A DNA stretch of 64,000 bases, taken from the NCBI GenBank assembly GCA_964188305.1, contig OZ076893.1, one strand, 5' to 3'. This document shows, one piece after another, positions 36,201-51,701 of the stretch. Under the pieces are notes generated by a model that saw only the letters and a program-made list of their open reading frames with translations, was not told where the DNA came from and did not search any database. The number at the start of each line of letters is the position of its first letter. Positions within the stretch are counted from its first letter, which is position 1. The position numbers were made by a program, and so were the translations under genes. The stretch is from Podarcis bocagei. Its lineage: Eukaryota.

Positions 36201-38938
36201 TTGCCGGGAGCCTCCCGCTTGCTGGCTTTGTGCTCCTCGCTCCGTTGGGGCCTGCGTTGAAGGTCTCTCCTCCCTCTGCCCCCCATGGAGGCTGCTCTCC
36301 CCATGTGCCTTTGACCAGGAGAAGCCATGGCCTGCCCAGCCCCACAGGTCAGGCAGCGTTTGAACCGCAAGGCCAGGCTCTGCCTTGGGGACTTGCTTAT
36401 GCTGAAGCTGGACTAGAAAGAGAGACCCTCTGCCGTGATAGCACTTTGAAAGAGAAATGCTGTAACTCCCTCCCCTGAAGGTGGCTGTTTCTCGGTGGGT
36501 CAGGGGGTGCTGCCGCCTGAGCGTTGGGGGTCTGCCCCAGCTGCTGCTTGTCCCAGCCAGCAGATCTTGGAGCAAGTGGCTCCCCTCGCCGTGGGGCAGT
36601 CGTTGCTGCCCTGGCCCCTGATGGGGCAGCAAACGCCCTTCTCTCCCTCTCTGTACTGAACACTGATTATTCAGCAGCAGAAGTTTCGGGACCTGTTTTG
36701 AAATGGCTTGATTTCTGCATAACGTGTTTGTAAATTTGATTTTTAAAAAAATGAATTGGAGAGCAAATCCTTTGTTCTATTAAATGATTCATTTGGGCTT
36801 GACGGTCCATCCTGGTACTTCTCTGTAGTGTCCTTGATGGGGAAAGGGGGCAGGGGCTGTTCAGGAGGTATGCGTGTGGGTGGGGGGATGAGAGAGGGGG
36901 GGTCCTCCTGATCCAAATAAGTCTCCCCACTGTCCTCTCTGAGCCACAAAGTAGTGACTGAGGGGTCTCTGCTGTGAGCTTCCCCTCAAGAGAATTTCGG
37001 TGAGGCTCTCTTTGCCACAGACGGCCCTTTTGCCTACAAAGGAGTCGCTACAGCCACTTCAAGGGTCGGAGCAGCCTCACTGCTTCGGGGTACATAAAAA
37101 CAAGCCACCAAAAATGGGACAGCAAAAGAATAAAAACGTATCATAAAACTGAGCACTGCCTTAAATTGTTTGCCGGAACAAGGAAGTCTTAGTCATGTGC
37201 CTAATTTCAACTAGCAGGGAGTTCCACAAGTTCAGGCCCACTACACAGAAGGGGCAGGAATTAAGTTGTTGCATGGACAATGAGGTCTGCTTGCACATGG
37301 AGTTTTCCCCCTCCCTTCATATCCCTCACCCGCTAAATCTCTGAAGGGTTGGGGGATACCCCAGAATGTGTTCAGCAGCCCCCCAGAGGCGTGAGGGGAG
37401 AAGTCTTGTTGTGCAAGCAGACCCCCACACCTAGCACCACACTGGATTCCACCCAGTGTTTTATTCTGTCGCGGCTTTTAAAATTTTGCTAAGTTCTGCA
37501 TATTAAATATTTTATGACCTGCTATGAGACATTTTGCAAAAAGTGAGGCACAATTAAACAAGCATAGAGGAGGAGGGAGCCAGCAGAAAGCTCCTTCCGG
37601 GGGTTGGACTAGATGACCCCTGGGTTCTAACTCACTCAGTTCCATAATTATGTGAATGCTGCTGTGATGTGCTTGCCAGACATCTCAGGATCCCGATTCC
37701 CCAAGTGTTGGAGACTGAAAGCAGGAAGAAGCTGTCCTTCTCGTCTGTCGTTTCTAGAGCAGAGAGCCACTTGGAATGTAAACAAGCCCTGTAATAAAAT
37801 TGCAGAAGAATAAAGCACACCCACTGGGTTGGGTCAGCAGCAAAGGCCTTCACAGGCCTGAGCAAGCAGATCCGTCTTGGCAAGATCCTGCGGGTGTCAG
37901 TTGCCCTGGTCAGGGGAGGGTCTTCTGCAGGCGGTGAGGTCACCCCCTTTACAAAGTCTCGTTCTCCGCCTTGCCCCCTCCCCAAAACATGCATGCAGTT
38001 GCTGGACTGCCTTAGAGGGGGTGTTGCAAAAGGCCTCCTGAGATCAGGCACCCAAAGTGTGCATTATCTTCCAACATTCTTGCTGCTCTTCAGAAGGTGA
38101 TGCTTTGGGACACCACCTTCATTTTATGTCTCTTCCCAGAGCGTTTGTTCCAGAGTCTTGTATCCTAGTTTTCCCATCAGGCTTTTCGGGGGGGGGGACC
38201 TGGCACCTTCATTTCTGTCATGGACCGGCTGGATGCAGAGGAGTGGGGCGAGGCTCCAGCCAGGGAACCCCCAGAGGAAGAAGGCTCAGAGCCCGTGAAT
38301 TGGTGGTGGGACAAGGATGCCTGGTCAGAGGGAGCAGACTGGGAGCAGGAGGCGTTGGAGGCTGAAGAGGGAACAGGGCTTAGTGAGCAAGAAGAGGCTG
38401 TGGCAGAGAGCAGTCCAGAAGCAGAGGCAGGAGAGGAGGGGAGACCGGCTGCTGAAGAGTCCAGGGGGTCTCTCCCTCCTACCGCAACCAGCTCCCCTCT
38501 CCGCTGGTCTCCCAGAACATGCAGAGAAACGGAAAGGGCAGAAGAGCTGCCACAGTCTCCGCTTGCTTGAAACAAACTCTGGAGAGGAGGGGACTTTGGC
38601 AGCTGTGGGAAGGCGGGGGTCCTCAGTCCTTGCAACTGCCTTATTGGGGCAAGACCCACTGGGGAAAGTTGCTGGGATCACTGCGCCTGAGCTGTTTTGG
38701 TCCCTTGAATAAAGAGTTAACTTCAACTATACTGGGTTTTTTTTAATTGCTGACCTTCAACCGACTCCGGTTCGTGATAATATCTTTAGGCACCAGGCAA
38801 AAATGTTCCTCCTCCACTGTTAAAACAATCTGCGGCCTGTTAAATGTGCCTGGGGGTGGGCAGGTTGTGTTTTTCTTGTGTTATGCATTTTGCATTTTTA
38901 TGTTGTAAACCACCCTCTGATCTTTGGAGGATAGGTAG

Positions 38939-38992
<54 letters not shown>

Positions 38993-41900
38993 TATAATAG
39001 TAATGGGGCTTCTGCCCCTTTTTGCAGAGTTAGCTGACCCTCCAAATCTCAGCAGCCTGGGTGGTGGGTGTGGCCAGGCGGAGCCCCTACCCACCTTTAA
39101 CCAGGGGACTGGGCAACCACCACCTGCCCCTCTTTGCCCCCTCCAGGCCTTGGAGCAAGAGCGGCAGCAGAACTTCCAGCAGTTGCAGCAGCTGGACGAG
39201 GCGGCGCTGGTGCCCAACCGGGAGGAGATTGAGTGCCGCATCTGCTACCTGAACGTGGAGCCTGGCGAGGGCGTCCTGCTTCGGGAGTGCCTGCACAGCT
39301 TCTGCAGGTAACCTGGCCTGCCTGGGGCAGGAGGGAGCAGGGGTGGGGGTGGAGGAAGGAAGGAAGGGAGGGTTCTGTGGCCTGACCCCGCTGCCGCCCC
39401 CCCTTCTCCCTCTCCAGGGACTGCCTGCGCCAGCTGATCAACTGCAGCGAGGAGCCCCAGGTGGCCTGTCCCTTCCGGGACGACTCCTATGCCTGCAGCA
39501 GCCACCTCCAGGACAGGGAGATCCGGGCGGTGAGTCCGCAAGGCTCAAGGATCCCTCCGGCCGGGTCCCTTGGGCAGGCTGGCGGGGCAGCTCAGCTCCC
39601 CCTTGTCCTGCCACGGTCGTCAAGAGCGGTTGGAGATGCAGAGTGGCATTTTGAGCAGGCCAGCTCCAGAGGTCTTTTTTGCAGAGCTTGGTCCTCCTGC
39701 AGACGGAGGGAGTGGAGGAGGCTGCCATGGCCACATGCTCCTTTGATTTCCACCCCCTTCCGGCCACGGAAGCCAAGGGGTGCCCCCCGGCCAGCCCATG
39801 CCCTGCCCTCCCTCTCTCAGGGGCTCTGAGCCGGCTCCCTGGTCTCCGCAGCTGGTGTCGTGGGACGAGTACGAGCGCTTCCTGGAGCGGCGGCTGGCCG
39901 TGGCCGAGAGCAGGGCCCAGAACAGCTACCACTGCCAGACGGCCGACTGCCTGGGCTGGTGCATCTACGAGGACGACGTCAACGAGTTCCGCTGCCCCAT
40001 CTGCTGGGCCCTCAACTGCCTCGTCTGCAAGGTGAGCCCAGGGGACTGGCTATGGGGCTGGAGGCCCACAGGTGGGTCTTGGAAAGAATGAAGGAGAAGT
40101 GCAGGCAGACTAGATGATCCTTGGGGGTCCCTTCCAACTCTACAGTTCTATGATTCTGGGGGGGGGGCTAGGGTGCTGAAGGTGGCCAGAGCACAGCTGC
40201 CCCCTTCCTCCAGCATCTTGGAGGTCTCCCTCCCCCATTCCGTCTTCTGAGCTGTCAGCAGCCTCCGGACTGTTTTCTAGCATCTTTCAGAAACACTGGA
40301 GGGGAGAAATCTCCTTGAAGGAATCAAGTTAATGTATTTTTCGCTCCATAAGATGCACTAACCATAAGACACAGCTAGTTTTTAGAGGAGGAAAACAAGA
40401 AAAAAAAATTCTGAATGAAAGAGTGGATGTATGATTTTTGAGGTTCATGCTGTGGCCACAGACATGTGATTTGACGGTGAATTTGGGGTAGCCCAATGCA
40501 AAAAACCTGAGGATCCATGGGCTTTTACCTCCTGGACAGCCTCCTTTATCACTCCCGATCGCTTGCTGATCAGCTGCTTCCTTTAACTCCCACTTCCCTC
40601 TTTGTTTGTTTAAGTGTCTTTTCCTTAGCTGGAGCAGTTTTTTGCTCCTCTTCTTTTAATTTCTCTCCTCATTGCTTTAGGATTCCTATTTCCTCTTCTT
40701 GCAAGTTCGCTGTCTTTAATAATAATAATAATTTATTATTTATACCCCGCCCATCTGGCTGGGCTTCTCCAGCCACTCTGGGCAGCTTCCAAAAAAATAT
40801 TAAAATACTGCAATACATCAAACACTAAAAGCTTCCTAAAAGTCTGGTAGTTGTGGTTCTCTTTGACACCTGGTAGGAGGGCGTTCCACAGGGAGGGTGC
40901 CACTACCGAGAACTTCCTTTGCATCCTGGCCCCATGCTTCAGCAGCCCCTGGGGCTCCTGGGCACCGGAGGGCAAGGGAGGTGGTCACGGTAGGGGGCAG
41001 CCTGGGTTGACACATGCAAAGAGCCAGTTTGCAGGGGAAGGGCAAGGCCCCTGGGGGATGCTTCACCACATAAAAAGGCCCTGCAGAGAGGTGTAAGAAC
41101 ATAAAGAGAATTTGCTGGATCCGGCCAATGGGCCTCCTAGTCCAGCCTCTCCAGAGTGGACAAGCAGATGCTCCAAAGAGGAAAGCAGGATCTGACAAGA
41201 GCAACTCTCTCATCTTGCGGGTTCCAGAAACTGGTCTTCAGAAGCATCACTGCCTCCGACTGGCGGCTGAGCAGAGCCCTCCTGGCTGGGCACCATCAAC
41301 AGTCCTGCCCTCCATGAATTTCCATCCATCTTGGTGGCCGTCCCTGCCTCCTGCGGGTGGGAGGTCCACAGTTTAACTAGGTGCTGCCAAGCTCTCCATC
41401 TCCAGGTTGTGGCAGCTTTTGACTTTCCAAGAGCGACAGTTAAAATTGGTGTGAGGCGATGCCTATTCTGCCGTCTGTACGTGTCGGCGTGGCTTAAGAC
41501 GCCTCGGCCACTCGGGGAGGGTCCTGGGGCTGCTGCCCACCCCCAGGCCAGTTTGAGCAGCAGAAAGGAACCCTTTGCAGGGACGCCAGGGGTTTGATTC
41601 TCTGCCCTCCACCCGCAGGCCATCCACGAGGGCATGAACTGCAAGCAGTACCAGGACAAGCTGCAGTTCCAGGCTCACAATGACGCTGCTGCCCGGGAGA
41701 CCAGCAACATGCTGAAGGTGAGCTGGCCAGGAGGGGAGGGGGCTCTATTTCACGGCAGGAGCTGGGGCCTGCCCGCTTCTTCCCACCCCAATGAAACGTT
41801 CAAAGCCCAAGTTCCTTGGCATGATATTCAGCCTTGTTGGCTGGGCTGTGGGCACCGGCCTTGGGATACCTCGAGGGGATCAATGCTGGGGGGGGGGAGA

Positions 41901-42766
41901 TGGGGAGCAGCTCAAAGGGACTGGACAAGGGCCTGTTTTCCCCCTGCCCCAAGACGGGGCTGACGGTCTCCACATGACAGGGGGTTGGACTAGATGACCC
42001 GTGGGAGCCCTTCCCCTCTATGGCTCTATGGCCACCCTCTTTCTGTCTCCGCCAGACGCTGGTGCAGCTAGGAGAGGCCATGCACTGTCCCGTCTGCCGC
42101 ATCGTGGTGCAGAAGAAGGGGGGCTGCGACTGGCTCCGCTGCCCTGTCTGCCAGACGGAGATCTGCTGGGTGACCAAGGGGCCGCGCTGGGGGCCTGGGG
42201 TAAGCGCGGAGGGAGGGAGGGGGCTCAGGACGGAAGCTGGGGCGGGGGCTGGCACACCAGACAGGAGGAGGGGCGAGAGCCAGGCTTTGCTTCCAGAAGG
42301 GACTGAGGGGGGGAGCCTGGACGAAAAGGGGGGCTGGCTGGTTAGCTGCTCTCAATCTTCACAGGGGGGCAGCCAACCCGTCCAACAGATGACGTGGCCC
42401 AGAGTGCTTTGCAGTGTGCAGAGGGTATCCCAGTAGAGAGATAAATGGAGGTGGTGAGGGCGGCCAGAGGATGGGAAGTTTTAAGGGCTTTCTCAGAGGG
42501 AGATGGACTGTGTGCTGAAGCAAGTCTGAGGCCAGCAATGCCCTGCCTTGTGGACTTTGGGAGACAGGCGTCTTGGGAAGGGGGCTTGGATGCCTCGAAA
42601 GCACCAGATCCTTGGGAAGCTCCACTCTGCAGAACTCCCGGGCGGCTGGTCTCCCCCTGATGTGCTTTGTCCTCCTCCCTGGCAGGGTCCCGGTGACACC
42701 AGCGGAGGCTGCCGGTGCAACGTGGATGGGGAAAGGTGCCACCCCCATTGCCAGAACTGCCACTGA
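26633..42766 (+). CDS. SHARPIN: SHARPIN-locus protein with a full HOIL-1L/RBCK1-type RBR domain (PH-LTM-UBL-NZF-RING1-IBR-RING2, 696 aa)
   Basis: 14 GT-AG phase-consistent exons: 26633-26851, 28795-28969 (PH; [11 protein letters not shown]), 29203-29313, 30624-30765 (LTM; [22 protein letters not shown]), 30927-31017, 31171-31447 (UBL; [11 protein letters not shown]...[11 protein letters not shown]), 32628-32752, 33044-33217 (NZF; [10 protein letters not shown]...GCEMC), 39147-39307 and 39418-39529 (RING1), 39852-40031 and 41619-41717 (IBR), 42056-42199 and 42686-42766 (RING2, ending CHPHCQNCH*). 2091 nt; AATAAA at 43299-43304; lies between MAF1 and CYC1. Confidence 0.9.
32024..32269. mobile_element. 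Tigger/pogo-like MITE
   Basis: Termini (C/T)AGTGGTACCTC...GAGGTCTGACTG; inverted homolog of 46483-46728. Confidence 0.75.
33351..34023 (-). mobile_element. Solo LTR (673 bp) just after the NZF exon, antisense to the SHARPIN-locus gene
   Basis: TG...CA termini; TSD CTTAA at 33346-33350 and 34024-34028; reverse-complement homolog of 54220-54889. Confidence 0.8.
35309..35404 (+). CDS. Candidate alternative terminal exon A of the SHARPIN-locus gene (469-aa isoform without RBR)
   Basis: Long polypyrimidine tract CTCTCTTCTCTTCTTTCTTCTTTCTCTTGTGGCAG; read in phase 0 after the NZF exon it gives [31 protein letters not shown]. No transcript evidence available. Confidence 0.45.
   Translation, partial: EKGRREDGSAVPCAHSLGTPDDFIHLSSEFS
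38181..38570 (+). CDS. Candidate alternative terminal exon B (acidic, Trp-rich tail; 567-aa isoform without RBR)
   Basis: Acceptor TTTTCCCATCAG; open for 129 codons in phase 0 ([22 protein letters not shown]...PQSPLA*); AATAAA at 38708-38713 followed by a G/T-rich tract. Confidence 0.5.
   Translation, partial: AFRGGGPGTFISVMDRLDAEEWGEAPAREPPEEEGSEPVNWWWDKDAWSEGADWEQEALEAEEGTGLSEQEEAVAESSPEAEAGEEGRPAAEESRGSLPPTATSSPLRWSPRTCRETERAEELPQSPLA
38938..39004. repeat. (AAT)n microsatellite
   Basis: Direct reading; similar tracts at about 14888-14947, 46990-47054 and 57655-57712. Confidence 0.95.
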
Positions 42767-43642
42767 GCGCCTGCCAAAGGGGCATCAGATGCTGCCAGGA
42801 CTCCCATTGGCAAGGAAGGAGCCTCTGGACCCAGATGAGAAGCGGCCCCTTGGAAGCCGACTCTGGGGAGAGGCCTCAGCAAGGCTGGCTGCTCCCTCCC
42901 CAGACCTTAGAGGATGCAGCAGATGAAAGACCCACCCGCCCCACCCACTGCGGCTGCAGCAGATGCTCTGCCCCCCACTCCCTGCACTGACCTCCGAAGG
43001 GCGGCCACGCTCCCCTGCCTGAGGGAAGAAGGGGCTGCTTTGGCCCTACCCTGCCTCCGCCCCACTGTGCCTTTGAGCCCATCCCTCACCCCTTTTGCAC
43101 TACCAGAACCTCACTCCGCGACCCCCTGGCCAAGGAGACGGGGCTCCCCAAAAGGGGTCCCCCTCCTGGAAGCACCCTCGCTTCAACTGACAGCCCCCGG
43201 CGTGGGGTGCTAAGCTTTGGGGGGGCAATATCAGCACCAAGGAAGGGGGAAGGTGCCCAGGATGTATGCTGCTGCACAGGAGGGGTTAAAACCCCTTCAA
43301 TAAAAAAGAAAAAGTATAAACGCAGGGCATGCGCAGGAGATTTTTTCCGGGGTGTGCGTGTGTGTAACAGCCACTCAAGACAATCCATACGATGTACTAC
43401 CTGGATTTCAACACAGACACCAGCCGCTTATTTCTGGTTGAAGAAATGCGTTTTATTGGGTGCCCACCCAGGGTCCTCTTCCCAAGGCTTTGTGGGTGAC
43501 CGAACGGATGGAGACGTTAAATAACAGCAAATGCATGGAGACGAGCGCCTGTCCGCCTGCCAGTCTGTGCATACATTCCCAGGGCAGTAGAGGCAGCGGA
43601 GCGCAGGCATCAGAGAGAGGTCCGCCCCACCGGCAGCATGGG

Positions 43643-48596
<4,954 letters not shown>

Positions 48597-49549
48597 CTTG
48601 CAGAGGAGCCGGCCAGCCCAGCCGCCCACAAGGCACCGCGCGGCGGAAGGCGGTCCGGCGTCACTTCCGGAGGGGCGGGGCTTCCCGGTCGGAGGCGGAG
48701 ACAGAGACGGGGGGAGGAGTCAGAAGGGACACTGCGGGGGCATCTAGTCCAGCCCGGGAGAGGGGGGCGCCCAGCCTCGGCTTGACAGCTTCCCCGCCTT
48801 CTGGCTGTCGAGGCGGCACCTCCTTCCTGGCCACCTGGAGCCCCGGGTTCGAGTTCTGCGCTCCAGAGCGGGCGGCTCTCCTCGTCAGGCTGGGCTCCCA
48901 GTCCCTTCCTCGTCGAGCTCGAGCCTCCTCCACGCCCGGCAGAGCCCAGCTGCGGAACTCCCTCCCACGCGAGGAAGAAGCCCCTGGCCACGAACTCAGG
49001 CGCAGTAAGAGAGGACCAGGCCCATCCGCGGAGGGGGGGGAGGCTGTGGGTGGCTCTCTCGGATGCAGTCCTGCTTTTGCCTCGCGGCCCCGGGGAGGCT
49101 GGGCTGGCTGGGCCCCGTGGCCGGATCCCGCTTTGGGGCTCTTCTTCCTCGGTTCCCAGGCCAGGCTTTTCTCTTGTTCCCGGAAGTTGAGGCTGCGTGT
49201 CACTCTTCATATTTGTAGCTCTACGGGGAGGGCGAAAGAATCCCCATAGAGCTATGAAAGTGAAGAGAGGGCCTTCTCCTCCTGCCGACGGGACGCTTCC
49301 GCGTTGAGCCGGAGAGGCGCCGCTGAGTCCTTTCCTCAGCTGGAAGCGGGAGGGGGGCCGCCCAAGGCCAGCCCCGCAGTGCGACCCGCTTGGAGTCTCG
49401 CCCGGCTCCCCTTGGCGAGGCTCCTCGGCCTCCAGCGGGAAATGCCAGGCGGGGAGGAGCCGCTCTATGGTGTCACCTCCTTGCGCTTTCTATGTCCCCT
49501 CTAGGAACGGCGTGCTCCGTCGCTTTAACTCCTTCATGACCCTCGTAGG

Positions 49550-50203
49550 GGTGGGCCCATCACATTGCAAACAGAAGGGGAAGAAATGGAGGCAGTGAGA
49601 GGTTTTACTTTCTTGGGCTCCATGATCACTGCAGATGGTGACAGCAGTCACGAAATTAAAAGACGCCTGCTCCTTGGGAGAAAGGCGATGGCAAACCTAG
49701 ACAGCATCTTAAAAAGCAGAGACATCACCTTGCCAGGAAAGGTCCGTATAGTAAAAGCTCTGGTTTTCCCAGTAGGGATGTATGGAAGTGAGAGCTGGAC
49801 CATCAAGAAGGCTGATCGCCGAAGAATGGATGCTTTTGAATTCTGGTGCTGGAGGAGACTCTTCAGAATACCATGGACTGCAAGAAGATCCAACCTCTCC
49901 ATTCTGAAGGAAATCAGCCCTGAGTGCTCACTGGAAGGACAGATCTTGAAGCTGAGGCTCCACGACTTTGGCCACCTCATGAGAAGAGAAGACTCCCTGG
50001 ACAAGACCCTGATGTTGGGAAAGATGGAGGGCGCAAGGAGAAGGGGACGACAGAGGACGAGATGGTGGGACAGTGTTCTTGAAGCCACCAGCATGAGTTT
50101 GACCAAACTGCGGGAGGCAGTGGAAGACAGGAGGGCCTGGCGTGCTCTAGTCCAGGGGGTCACGAACAGTCGGACACGACTATAAACGACTAAACAACAA
50201 CAA
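49550..50203 (+). mobile_element. BovB (RTE) LINE 3' fragment with an open 206-codon RT tail
   Basis: FTFLGSMITADGDSSHEIKRRLLLGRKAM...MYGSESWTIKKADRRRMDAFEFWCWRR...; (CAA)n tail; closely related to 24005-24480. Confidence 0.92.
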
Positions 50204-51701
50204 GGAGTGGAAAAGGAGCCCAGCCAGCTGCCTGCTAGACCCAGCTGCCCATCCACCTCCGTACTGCCGACACTGACCGGCAGCAATGGCTCGCCAGGGC
50301 TTCAGGCGGGAGCCTCTCACCTTTCCCAGTGCCTCCTTTTGTTGTACCTGAAAAGGGAGTCAGTGGAGTCGGTATGTGCTGCTTCTAAGCCTTGCCTTGC
50401 AGCCCCAACCCTCTGCTCCCTCAGCTCAGGCTGGCAGAGGCACAGGGAGAAATCTGCCCAGGAGCAGCTGAGGCTCTTGCCCAAGGGACCTTAGGCTGAA
50501 GGGCAGGTGCACATTCCTGGCCCAATTCAAAGTGTGTAGTGGCTTCCTGTCTGTGAAATGCTCTTCCCCCAGGGAGCTTCGCCTGACACCTTCATTAAAT
50601 GCCTTTAGATGCTAGGTAAAAATGTTCTTCCACTAGGCCTTGGGCTGCATAACGTCTGATACCCGTTTAAATGTGTGTGTGGGGTGTGTGTGTCTTGGTT
50701 TGTTTTGTTCTTTTTTTATAGAGTGAGAGAATCTTGTGTTTTTCTGTTGTGAACCACCCTGAAATCTATGGATGAAGAGCAGTATACAACTTTAATTAAT
50801 ACATAATAAAATAAAAATCTCTAAGCTGTGTACAACATAAAACCAACCAGTATCGTTAGAACAAAACCCAGTAGCATTACAACAAAAAGACAACATGAAA
50901 CCAGTGAACCTGCAGCAGTATAAACGCATGCCCTGTCATCTGGAGCTGATGGGAGTTGCAGTCCAGCCACATCTGCAGGGCCAAAGATGTGCCCCACCCC
51001 CGTTATAACGGGACCAGCTGCTGCTTTGCTTTACTCTCTTAATACATCTTAAGTTCAAGGTTATGGTTGATATTCTGAATTGTTAGCAGACGCCCCAAGA
51101 GCTGTGTTTCTGGTGAGGAGTCAGGATGAAAATAAGTGCAAGCACTGTATCAAAACCTTTTGCCTTTATTTTTATTTAAAGATTGTACACAGCCACTCCC
51201 CCCCCCCCCCAGTATCATCTTGCATTGCTAACATCAGAGCTGGTTGTTGGCCCCACCTGGTCCGCGTGGAAGCTGAAGCCACCGAGAAAAGGACCAGCCA
51301 CACCCCAGGCTGCCCCCCTGCCCCTGAGAGTCACACGCATGACTGAAAGCAGGACCACCACAAAAGAACCAGGACCCAGTTACCCCAGCCCAAGCTCCCT
51401 CTCTCCTGCAAGCTCTGAGCAGCTGCCCAGCCAGCCCCACACCCAGAACTATGAACCGTGGCTGCAGCTGCCGCAGACGTCAAATCCCACAAGACCAGGA
51501 TATTTCCCAAGCAGGCATCCCCTGCAGAGTCCAGCTGATGGCTTCAGGAGGCCTCACCCGCCTGCCCCCGAGTTTCACATTTCTGAAATCACAGTGGCAC
51601 CCAGCAGGATGGAAGGGAAATCTCGCCTGGCCGCCCCAGGGAAGTCCCGTCCAAAGTGGATTGGGGCAGGCCAGTTCAAGCACAGGGGCGGCGTCAGGGG
51701 G

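Noticed and set aside
39147-42766. A separate RBCK1 gene downstream of SHARPIN
   Set aside because: No start exon, promoter or own UBL/NZF is visible. Only one LTM-UBL-NZF set exists, and the NZF exon ends at an in-frame donor without a stop.
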